This document shows positions 44,330 to 53,300 of a stretch of 64,000 nucleotides of DNA, one piece after another (within the stretch, counting starts at the first letter, position 1; each line of letters begins with the position of its first letter). Location: NCBI GenBank assembly GCA_947630665.1, contig CANRID010000009.1, forward strand, positions 688 to 64,687, written 5' to 3'. This stretch comes from an uncultured Bacteroidales bacterium (GTDB lineage: Bacteria; Bacteroidota; Bacteroidia; Bacteroidales; UBA932). The notes beneath the pieces were generated by a model. That model did no database searches. It was not told the DNA's origin and worked only from the letters and a program-made list of their open reading frames with translations. A program made the position numbers and the translations under genes.

Positions 44330-44337
44330 TATTTTTG
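44330..44337 (+). promoter_or_regulatory. -7 promoter box (TATTTTTG) for ppdK in a very AT-rich 240-bp upstream region
   Basis: Exact TAnnTTTG match, about 130 nt upstream of the ppdK ATG. Confidence 0.45.
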
Positions 44338-44467
44338 TAGTCTCAAAAAAAAGTCGTAAAAATTAATCCCGATTTTTTATTTTTTGTTTGAATGTCCTGA
44401 GACGGTTTGCTCGGGAAGAGTATTTTGTTTTATAAGCTTTTTATAACCACAAAATTATATTTAAATT

Positions 44468-47185
44468 ATGTCAGAAATCAAAAGAGTTTATCGTTTCGGA
44501 GGCAGAGATGCCGAAGGCGACGGATCCATGAGAAACTTATTAGGAGGTAAGGGAGCGAACCTGGCCGAAATGTGCAAATTGAATATTCCGGTTCCGGCAG
44601 GGTTTACGATTACGACCGAATGCTGCACCGAATATTATCAGTTGGGCTGTAAGTATCCCAAGGCGCTGAAAGCGGAGGTGGATGCGGCGATGGCTGCTAC
44701 TGAGGCCATTATGGGAAAGAAGTTCGGCGATCCTGAAGATCCTCTTTTGGTATCCTGCCGTTCAGGTGCGAGAAGCTCCATGCCCGGCATGATGGAGACG
44801 GTTCTGAATATCGGGCTGTGTTCGGCCACGATTCCGGGCCTGATCGAGAAAACGGGGAATCCGCGTTTCGTCTATGATGCTTACCGGCGCCTGATTATGA
44901 TGTATTCGGATGTCGTGATGGAGAAAGCGGAAGGAATCGAACCCGAGGATGGAAACGGAATCCGTGTACAATTGGACAGAATGCTTGCTTCTTTGAAGAA
45001 AAAGAAAGGATATGCTTCCGATACGGATTTGACCGTAGAGGATTTGAAGCAATTGTGCGAGGATTTTAAAATCCGCGTACGTCAGGAACTGGGACAGCCT
45101 TTCCCGGATGATGCCTATGAACAGCTATGGGGCGGTATAGGAGCCGTGTTCAAATCATGGAACGGCCGGAGAGCGATTTCCTATCGCCGGATCGAGGGCA
45201 TTCCCGATGATTGGGGAACTGCCGTGAATGTCCAGTCTATGGTGTTCGGAAATATGGGGAATACTTCCGCAACCGGGGTGGCATTTTCGAGGAACCCGGC
45301 TACCGGAGAAAATAAATTTTATGGAGAATGGCTCATCAATGCACAGGGCGAGGATGTGGTGGCCGGTATCCGTACGCCGAATCCGTTGAACGAGGCTACC
45401 AAGAATGAGCAAAATAAACATTTGCCTTCTTTGGAAACCGCTATGCCTGATGTCTATAAAGAACTGTTCGATATACAGAGCAATCTGGAACATCATTTCC
45501 ATGATATGCAGGATATCGAGTTTACTATTCAGAACGGAAAGTTATGGATGCTGCAATGCCGTGTCGGAAAGAGAACGGGTCTGGCCGCCTTGAACATGGC
45601 GATGGATATGCTGCACGAGGGATTGATAGATGAAGAGACTGCGGTTTTAAGGGTAGCTCCCAACCAGTTGGATGAATTGCTGCACCCTATTCTGGATCCG
45701 ACATCCGAAAAAGAGGCTGTTGTGGTTGCAAAAGGCTTGCCGGCAGGTCCGGGCGGATCCGTGGGACAGATCGTTTTTTCTGCAGAGGATGCCGTAGCGG
45801 CTGCCAAGAGAGGTGAAAAAGTGATTTTAGTGCGTGAAGAGACCAATCCCGAGGATGTAGAGGGAATGCGTGCTGCCGACGGGCTGCTTACTGGCCGTGG
45901 AGGTATGACTTCTCATGCCGCGCTGGTAGCCCGGGGATGGGGCAAGTGCTGTGTGGTAGGATGCGAGACTTTGCATATCAATATGTTGACCAAAACGATG
46001 ATTATCGGCGACCGGGTATATAAAGAAGGAGACGTGTTCAGTCTGAACGGAAGCAAGGGGCTGGTTTATGATCGGGCGGTCCGGACGATGGATGCGTCTG
46101 AGAATCCGAGGTTTGTAGAATATATGTCCATTGTGGACAAATATCGCAAATTGGGTGTCCGGACGAATGCGGATACTCCTGCGGATGCCCGGACGGCTCT
46201 GAATTTCGGCGCGGAAGGAATCGGCCTGTTCCGTATAGAGCACATGTTTTACGGCGCTCATTCGGAAATCCCGCTTTCCAAATTGAGGAAAATGATTCTG
46301 TCCAATACCATTATTGAGCGGAAACATGCGCTTGCCGAGCTGGAACCGTATGTAAAAGAGGCTATCAAATCTACTTTGGAAGTGATGGACGGACGTCCTG
46401 TTACGTTCCGTCTGCTGGATCCGCCTTTGCATGAGTTCGTTCCGCAGACGGCCGATAAAAGGAACGAGCTGGCCCAGGCATTGAACATTACGGTGGATGA
46501 TATTAAGAAACGCGGCGAAGCCTTGCATGAAGTAAATCCTATGATGGGACACAGAGGGGTGCGTTTGGGCGTTACCTATCCGGAGATCAGCGAAATGCAG
46601 TTCGAGGCCATTTTTACGGCCACTGCCGAATTGATGAAGGAAGGATTCCATCCGCAGCCGGAGGTGATGATTCCGGTAACCGTTTCCGAAAATGAACTCG
46701 GTTTCCAGAAACAGATCTGCGATCGGGTGCATGCAGAAGTGGAAAAGAAGTTCGGTATGACTATTCCTTATCTGTACGGAACCATGATCGAGATTCCTCG
46801 GGCGGCTATTATCGCCGATGAAATGGCGCGGACGGCGCAGTTCTTCTCTTTCGGTACCAATGACCTCACCCAAATGACTTTCGGATTCTCCCGCGATGAT
46901 ATCGGTGCGTTTATGGGCGATTATCTGGCTAAAAAGATATTACCGAATGATCCGTTCCAGACGATAGACCGGAAATCTGTCGGGAAACTGATAGAAATAG
47001 GAATCAAGGGAGGACGCTCCACCCGGAAGGATCTGAAAATCGGTATTTGTGGAGAACATGGAGGCGACCCGGATTCTGTGGAGTTCTGCCATCAGATAGG
47101 GATGAACTATGTATCCTGCTCTCCTTTCCGTATCCCGATAGCGCGACTGGCTGCGGCGCAGGCTGCCATCAAGTCGAAGAAATAA
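44468..47185 (+). CDS. ppdK: pyruvate, phosphate dikinase
   Basis: 905 aa. N-terminal ATP-grasp (GGKGANLAEM), phosphohistidine region GGMTSHAALVARGWGK, C-terminal PEP-utilizer TIM barrel (GICGEHGGDP). Confidence 0.97.
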   Translation: MSEIKRVYRFGGRDAEGDGSMRNLLGGKGANLAEMCKLNIPVPAGFTITTECCTEYYQLGCKYPKALKAEVDAAMAATEAIMGKKFGDPEDPLLVSCRSGARSSMPGMMETVLNIGLCSATIPGLIEKTGNPRFVYDAYRRLIMMYSDVVMEKAEGIEPEDGNGIRVQLDRMLASLKKKKGYASDTDLTVEDLKQLCEDFKIRVRQELGQPFPDDAYEQLWGGIGAVFKSWNGRRAISYRRIEGIPDDWGTAVNVQSMVFGNMGNTSATGVAFSRNPATGENKFYGEWLINAQGEDVVAGIRTPNPLNEATKNEQNKHLPSLETAMPDVYKELFDIQSNLEHHFHDMQDIEFTIQNGKLWMLQCRVGKRTGLAALNMAMDMLHEGLIDEETAVLRVAPNQLDELLHPILDPTSEKEAVVVAKGLPAGPGGSVGQIVFSAEDAVAAAKRGEKVILVREETNPEDVEGMRAADGLLTGRGGMTSHAALVARGWGKCCVVGCETLHINMLTKTMIIGDRVYKEGDVFSLNGSKGLVYDRAVRTMDASENPRFVEYMSIVDKYRKLGVRTNADTPADARTALNFGAEGIGLFRIEHMFYGAHSEIPLSKLRKMILSNTIIERKHALAELEPYVKEAIKSTLEVMDGRPVTFRLLDPPLHEFVPQTADKRNELAQALNITVDDIKKRGEALHEVNPMMGHRGVRLGVTYPEISEMQFEAIFTATAELMKEGFHPQPEVMIPVTVSENELGFQKQICDRVHAEVEKKFGMTIPYLYGTMIEIPRAAIIADEMARTAQFFSFGTNDLTQMTFGFSRDDIGAFMGDYLAKKILPNDPFQTIDRKSVGKLIEIGIKGGRSTRKDLKIGICGEHGGDPDSVEFCHQIGMNYVSCSPFRIPIARLAAAQAAIKSKK

Positions 47186-47208
47186 AATAGCTGACTCAAA
47201 GACAATCA

Positions 47209-47255
47209 GGCGGTGAATGGCTGTTTTACAGCGGTTCACCGCCTATTGTTTTAGG
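47209..47255 (+). terminator. intrinsic terminator after ppdK
   Basis: 9-bp stem GGCGGTGAA (47209-47217) / TTCACCGCC (47235-47243) followed by TATTGTTTTAGG. Confidence 0.6.
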
Positions 47256-47303
47256 TTTTAACACGTGCGGTTTTACGCACTTTGCGGGCAGAATGAACGT
47301 AAA

Positions 47304-47357
47304 TGTTGTACAATAGTTAGACAGTTTTGACAACAGTGTTGTACAGATGTTGTACAA
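47304..47357 (+). repeat. three direct copies of TGTTGTACA(A/G), phased 33 and 11 bp apart
   Basis: Copies at 47304-47313, 47337-47346 and 47348-47357. Each contains the palindromic hexamer TGTACA. Confidence 0.85.
47326..47336. repeat. left arm (TTTGACAACAG) of an 11-bp perfect inverted repeat flanking the AAA+ ATPase gene
   Basis: The reverse complement is identical to 48739-48749. It also forms the local palindrome ACAACA-G-TGTTGT with the adjacent repeat copy. Confidence 0.8.
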
Positions 47358-47480
47358 ATGTTATCGGATGAAAGCCATGGCATTTAGGGTGCGCTATATC
47401 ATAAAGATGTTGCAAACGAGACGGAAACGGAATTTGACTCACTTTTGCATAATTCAAAAAAGTTCTGTCATTGATTCATA

Positions 47481-48734
47481 CTACAGATCCAATGAATTTT
47501 CGTTCAGCAGGAAATCATAGATGCCGATTGTGGTAATTCCTGCCTCATTTCTCAAAACAGGAGTGTCTTCACCGACGATAATGATTTTCTTGAAAGAATC
47601 GTCAATATTGCGCAGTGACGCTTCCTCCTGTTTCATCTTTTCTTCATCCGGTATTCGGTAGGCGGATTGGATATAGTAGCGTTTGCTACCCATATTGCAG
47701 ACAAAATCCACCTCAAACTGTTTTCTTTCCCGGCTGCCATCCTTGTTTCTCAGTTGAACCGGAACAACGCCTACATCAACATTAAATCCACGCACACGCA
47801 ACTCGTTGTAGATCATATTCTCCATCAGATGGGAAGGCTCTGTCTGGCGGAAATTCAGCAGAGCGTTGCGCAGACCGCAGTCAGTGAAATAATACTTATA
47901 TGGGCTGTCGATATACCTTTTCCCTTTCACATCGTACCGGTTCGCCTTCTCCACAAGGAATGAATCACAGATGTATTCCAGATACGATGTCAACGTCATG
48001 CGGTTTACTTTCGTACGCTTTACGCTCTCGAATGTGTTGGTCAGTTTGGTGGGATTTGTCAATGCGCCGATATCCGATGCAAGAATGTTGAGTAGTTCAT
48101 CAAGCATTTCTGTGTGCTTGATGTCGTAACGCTCCTTTATATCCTTGATATAGGTATGGGCAAAAAGCCCCTTCAGATACTCGTTCTTTTCTTCCTCAGA
48201 TGATTTCTGAACAACCTGGGGCAGACCACCGAAAAGCATATAAGTGGTTAACGCACGGTCTTTCTGCAAGTCCATATAAGGGAAGAACTCACCGAAGCTG
48301 AGTGGATACAGCTTCACTTCGTCACCTCGTCCCCTGAATGTGGTGATTACATCTTTCGATAGAAACCGCGCATTGCTGCCGGTTACATACACGTCGGCAT
48401 TGGGCATACCAAGATAGCTGTTCAGAACATCCTCGAACTCGTTGACATGCTGTATCTCATCAATCATTATATAATGGACGGCATCGTCAGTGAGTTTTGA
48501 ATCTATGTATTCAAGTAGCGCATCCGGGTCACGTAGTTTTCTGTTTCGTCTGTCCTCGAGATTTATCGTGATGATGTGGTCGTTTCCCACGCCTTGTTCG
48601 CGGAGCCATCCGGCATAAAGGGTTGACAACAGGAACGATTTGCCACAGCGTCTTACGCCCGTGACAATCTTTATCATTCCGTTGTGTCTGCGAGAAATGA
48701 GCTTCTGCAGGTATAGAGGTCTCTGTATAATCAT
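47481..48734 (-). CDS. AAA+ ATPase of the AAA_14 + DUF4143 type (COG1373-like), function unknown
   Basis: Walker A GVRRCGKS, Walker B IMIDEIQ. The C-terminal half (ENMIYNELRVRGFNVDVGV...FEVDFVCNMGSKRYYIQSAY) is typical of DUF4143. G+C is visibly lower than in the neighbours. Confidence 0.85.
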   Translation of the reverse strand: MIIQRPLYLQKLISRRHNGMIKIVTGVRRCGKSFLLSTLYAGWLREQGVGNDHIITINLEDRRNRKLRDPDALLEYIDSKLTDDAVHYIMIDEIQHVNEFEDVLNSYLGMPNADVYVTGSNARFLSKDVITTFRGRGDEVKLYPLSFGEFFPYMDLQKDRALTTYMLFGGLPQVVQKSSEEEKNEYLKGLFAHTYIKDIKERYDIKHTEMLDELLNILASDIGALTNPTKLTNTFESVKRTKVNRMTLTSYLEYICDSFLVEKANRYDVKGKRYIDSPYKYYFTDCGLRNALLNFRQTEPSHLMENMIYNELRVRGFNVDVGVVPVQLRNKDGSRERKQFEVDFVCNMGSKRYYIQSAYRIPDEEKMKQEEASLRNIDDSFKKIIIVGEDTPVLRNEAGITTIGIYDFLLNENSLDL

Positions 48735-48738
48735 AAGT

Positions 48739-48749
48739 CTGTTGTCAAA
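48739..48749. repeat. right arm (CTGTTGTCAAA) of the 11-bp inverted repeat, 5-15 nt upstream of the ATPase start codon
   Basis: Perfect reverse complement of 47326-47336. Confidence 0.8.
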
Positions 48750-48758
48750 TATTGCACC

Positions 48759-48777
48759 TTGTCACGCTGATTGACAA
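48759..48777. repeat. palindrome TTGTCA-N7-TGACAA in the ATPase upstream region
   Basis: 6-bp arms at 48759-48764 and 48772-48777. It shares the TTGTCA core with the inverted repeat. Confidence 0.6.
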
Positions 48778-48916
48778 TGCAAAGATGGCGGAAATTTGTC
48801 TAATCGCCAAGAAAACTGCAAGAAAAAGCACTGTAAAATGACCGCCGTATGGCATTCCGGAAAATTGAACCAAGAGGTAATTGCTCTCAATCAAACGAGC
48901 TATGGTTGCAGCGCGT

Positions 48917-50302
48917 TTATAGTTTCTTTCCTGCCAGTTCGGAGAGTTCGCTGCGTTCGCCGCGGACGAGGTTGATATGGGCGAAGAGTTCTTCGCCGTA
49001 GAGTTTTTCTCCCAAGTGAGTGAGGCCGTTGGACCATTTGTCTAAATAAGGCTGGTCGATTTGCTGGATATCTCCGGTAAAAACGATTTTAGTGCCTTCG
49101 CCTGCACGGGTAATGATAGTCTTGACTTCATGAGGAGTGAGATTCTGCGCTTCATCCACGATGAAAAAGACTTTGGAAAGGCTGCGTCCGCGGATATAGG
49201 CCAGCGGAGAGATGAGCAGTTTCTCGGTGCGGAGCATATCTTCTATCCGGACGTTTTCCCGGCTGGAAACACCGAAATTCTTTTTGATAACCGACAGATT
49301 GTCAAAAAGAGGAAGCATGTACGGACCGATTTTTTCTTTGATATCGCCCGGCAGGATCCCGATTTCCTGGTTTTTCAAAGGAATGACCGGACGTGCCAGC
49401 AGAATCTGGTCGTATCGGTCTGCCTGCGCCAATGCGGCGGCCAGCGCCAGAAGAGTTTTCCCCGTGCCGGCGGTTCCGGTAAGGGAAATTAATTTTATAT
49501 CGGGATTCAATAATACATCCAATGCGAAAATTTGTTCTTCGTTCCGGGGGGATATGCCGTAGGCCGTTTGCGGTTTTATCGCTACGATGCTTCGTGTAGC
49601 ATGGTTGTAGCGTGCCAGTATGCAGGAATTTTCCTGAGTTCCGGTGGATGTGCTGCGGCTCCCCGACGAAGAACCGGATTCTTCGCATTTGAACCGGTAT
49701 AATTGATTGCAGGCGGGACATTTATAGTGCAACTCGTCTATATGGGCGCCGGCCGGATCATTCATGATTTTTTCAAGCAGCGGAAAATCCAGCCCTTTTA
49801 CGGTAATGATTTCTTTCTGGCTCTTTTTTACCCGTTCTTCTTTCACCTGGCCGGTCAGATAATCCTGGGCGACAAGATGAAGCGCCTTGGCTTTCATTCT
49901 CAGATTCACGTCTTTGGTGACCAATGCCACAAAACGGTTCGGATTCTGGTTTTTGACCCAGATGGTAGTCGCCAGTATCCTGTGGTCCTGGATATCGTCC
50001 ATGAAACATCCCTGTAATTCCCGGGGGAACGGATGGGTTAACTCTATCATCAATTTTCCCTTTCCTTTTCCCAACGGGTAGCCGTTGTGGTTGAACAGCC
50101 GGGCATCGGTGATGTTATCCAGTTCCCGGACGAATTCCCGGGCATTGTAATTTATCTGATCATCGCCTTTCTTGAATTTATCCAATTCTTCCAGGACAGC
50201 CATCGGGATAACTAAATCGTTTTCCTGAAAATTAAAGACGGCCCGGTAGTCGTGAAGGATCACGTTGGTATCCAAAACGAATATTTTAGGCAGTTTTTCC
50301 AT
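48917..50302 (-). CDS. PIN-domain + PhoH-like ATPase fusion protein (PhoH2-like)
   Basis: N-terminal PIN (IFVLDTNVILHD...LEELD), C-terminal PhoH P-loop GTAGTGKTLLALAAAL and VDEAQN. A Cys/Ser-rich insert lies between the domains. Confidence 0.88.
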   Translation of the reverse strand: MEKLPKIFVLDTNVILHDYRAVFNFQENDLVIPMAVLEELDKFKKGDDQINYNAREFVRELDNITDARLFNHNGYPLGKGKGKLMIELTHPFPRELQGCFMDDIQDHRILATTIWVKNQNPNRFVALVTKDVNLRMKAKALHLVAQDYLTGQVKEERVKKSQKEIITVKGLDFPLLEKIMNDPAGAHIDELHYKCPACNQLYRFKCEESGSSSGSRSTSTGTQENSCILARYNHATRSIVAIKPQTAYGISPRNEEQIFALDVLLNPDIKLISLTGTAGTGKTLLALAAALAQADRYDQILLARPVIPLKNQEIGILPGDIKEKIGPYMLPLFDNLSVIKKNFGVSSRENVRIEDMLRTEKLLISPLAYIRGRSLSKVFFIVDEAQNLTPHEVKTIITRAGEGTKIVFTGDIQQIDQPYLDKWSNGLTHLGEKLYGEELFAHINLVRGERSELSELAGKKL

Positions 50303-50359
50303 AATTAGAACAATTTTTCTGATTTATTCGATATAATTGTGTTTCACCCGGTTATAATA

Positions 50360-50367
50360 CAAAAGTA
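50360..50367 (-). promoter_or_regulatory. -7 promoter box (TACTTTTG on minus strand) for the PIN-PhoH gene
   Basis: The plus strand reads CAAAAGTA, about 58 nt upstream of the ATG at 50302. Confidence 0.45.
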
Positions 50368-50393
50368 TTCGGATTTTGTTCTCGGCTTGCAGT

Positions 50394-53300
50394 TTATTGA
50401 TGTTCCCGTGTCTGTTCGCACCATTTTCTTCCGTTTACAAAAAGTTCGATCCACGGGGTTACTTCATGGCCGATTAAACCTGCTTCTACGGCATTGTCGG
50501 GATAATAAGGCCAGTTCCATGGCCGCAGGCAGCGTTCGGGGTGAGGCATGATGGCTAAATGCCGTCCGTCGATACTGCATAAAGCTGCAATGCCCATAGG
50601 AGAGCCGTTAGGATTTGCCGGATAAGCATCGTAAACATATCGGGCCGCGATTTTAAAATCTGACCAATCGTACGGCCGGGTGTTGTCTCCGGTACCGATC
50701 TGATAGCCTTGCGCCTCCTGATACGGGAAGCTGAACCGGCCTTCTCCGTGGGCGACCCATATGCCTAACCGGGATCCTACTAAGGATTTCAGCAGCACGG
50801 ACGGAGATTCCGGGATTTCTATCCCCACGAATCCGCTTTCATATTTATGGGAAATATTATGTTTCATTTTAGGAGACGCCGCCCTGTTTTCCGGGGTAAT
50901 CAGTCCTAATTCCGCCATCAACTGACATCCGTTGCATACGCCTAAGCTGAGAGTATCTTTCCGGCGGTAGAATTTATCGAGCGCCGCTTTTGCTTTGGGA
51001 TTATACAGAAACGCGCCGGCCCAGCCTTTGGCGGAACCTAACGTGTCGGCATTGGAGAAGCCTCCTACGAATGCGATCATGCTTACATCCTCTAACGTTT
51101 CCCGGCCGCTGATCAGATCTGTCATGTGGACGTCTTTGACCCGGAAGCCGGCTAAATAGAGCGCCCATGCCATTTCCCGGTCTCCGTTGGATCCTTTTTC
51201 CCGGATGATAGCCGCTACGGGCGCGGTTGCCGCAGGCCTTGCCGGAGTGCCGGCAGGCGTGTCGCTGGTTGCGGCTCCCGGATAGCTTTTCAGACTGCCG
51301 GTGAACCCGTCGGGAAACTTGTAATGCAGCGGCTGTTTTTTATAATTCTGGTAACGTTCTCTCGCGCATTTTTCTCCCACCTGGCGGATGTCGAACAGGT
51401 AGGAGGTTTTATACCATATATCGCGGCACCGGTCTATGGAAAGGGTTATGTTTTCAGTCCCGTTCATGATGTCCAGCCGACGGCCGTCTATATATTTCCC
51501 TATAGGCCATGCCCCCGGAATGATCTCCCGGATGCGGCCCAGATGTTTGTTTTCTATCTGGAGCAATACCCCCGGGTTTTCGGCGAAAAAGCAATCGATT
51601 ATGGCTTCCTCCGGTTTCTTGCCGTATCCGGGTATTGCGGCTATCGCCTGCATATCGATTTCCAGTCCTCCTTCGGTATTGGCGAAGCACATTTCCAAAG
51701 CCGTCGTTATCAGTCCTCCCGCGGATATGTCGTGTCCGGCCAGAACCAGTTTCTCTTCGATCATCTGCTGGACGCCTTCGAAACAAGCTGCGAAATAATC
51801 GGGATCGGCAATATCCGGTACGGACGCTCCGGCCTGACCCAGAATCTGCGCGAGGGCGGATCCCCCCAGCCGGGCTTCTTCCCGGGTGAAAGGAATATAT
51901 ACCAACGTGCTTTCCGTTACCGGTTTGAGATTAGGGCGGACGATGTTATAAATATCTTTTGCAGGAGCTGCGGCAGAGATGATCAGGGTCCCCGGCGAAA
52001 GGATTTTTTCTCCGTCGGGATATTTCTGGGTCATACTCATGGAATCCTTTCCCGTTGGAATATTGATGCCTAATGCGCATGCGAAATCGCTCGCTCCGCG
52101 GACCGCCTTGTACAGCCGGGCATCTTCGCCTTCATTGCGGCAAGGCCACATCCAGTTGGCGCTCAATGAGATGCCTTTTATTCCATTTACCAATGGCGTC
52201 CATACTACGTTGGTCAGGGCTTCCGCGATGGCCAGACGGGAACCTGCTGCGGGGTCTGCCAAGGCCGCCAGCGGAGCATGTCCGATAGAGGTGGCAATGC
52301 CTTGGGAGTCGTTATACCCTAAGGCCGTTACTCCTAAATTATTGAGCGGCAATTGTATCTCCCCCACGGTTTGCTGTCCGGCGATCAGCCCGGTAACGGA
52401 ACGGTCCACTTTATTGGTAAGCCAGTCTTTGCACGCTACGCTTTCCAACTGGAGCACCTGTTCCAGATAATATCCGAATTTGTCTCTTTCGTAACGGAGG
52501 GGAGGCAATGCGTATTCTTGGGAGGTATCTTCCATATAGGTCTTGGGCGCCGATCCGAACATGTCCTTCATCTGCAGATCTATGGCCGTTTCTCCGGTTT
52601 TTTCGTTCCGCAAGGTGAAATTATGTTCGCCGGTCGTTTCCCCGATCACATACATGGGGGCCCGTTCCCTTTCCGCTATTTTTTTCAGTTCCTCCACATC
52701 CTCCTTTTTCATGACTAACCCCATTCTTTCCTGGCTTTCATTCCCGATAATTTCTTTCAGGCTGAGGGTAGGGTCGCCGATCGGCAATTTGGCTATATCT
52801 ATATTTCCGCCGGTTTCTTCCACTAATTCCGACAAACAATTCAAATGCCCGCCGGCCCCATGGTCATGGATCGATATGATAGTATTGTCATCGCTTTCGG
52901 CCAACGCCCGGATGGCATTATAGGCCCGTTTTTGCATTTCCGGATTCGAGCGTTGTATTGCGTTCATTTCTATGGCGTTGTTATATTGTCCGGTATTCAC
53001 GGACGAAACGGCGCCGCCTCCCATGCCGATCCGGTAGTTGTCTCCGCCCAGCAGTACCACGCTATCTCCCGCACCAGGCTTTCCTTTCAGGGAATCCCGT
53101 TTTTTCGCATATCCTATTCCTCCGGCCAGCATGATGACTTTATCGTAGCCGAAAACGGGAGTCTTTGCCGCTTCCCGACAGAAAACGCCTCTTGCTTCGC
53201 AACGGGGATCATATTCCAGCGTCAACAGGCTGCCGCAGATAATGCATTGCCCGAATTTATTGCCGAAATCGCTGGCTCCGTTGGAAGCTTTGGTAAGAAT

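Noticed and set aside
47347-47520. 57-codon plus-strand ORF (MLYKCYRMKAMAFRVRYIIKMLQTRRKRNL...) starting inside the TGTTGTACA repeat region.
   Set aside because: It is short and basic, has no motif, overlaps the 3' end of the ATPase gene antisense, and has no promoter box. It is probably fortuitous.
48820-48850. Partial resemblance of CTGTAAAATGACCGCC (phoH-proximal flank) to the reverse complement of the ppdK terminator (CTGTAAAACAGCCATTCACCGCC), as if the insertion had split a shared terminator.
   Set aside because: Only 8 + 6 matching bases with a gap. That is too short to distinguish from chance without comparative data.
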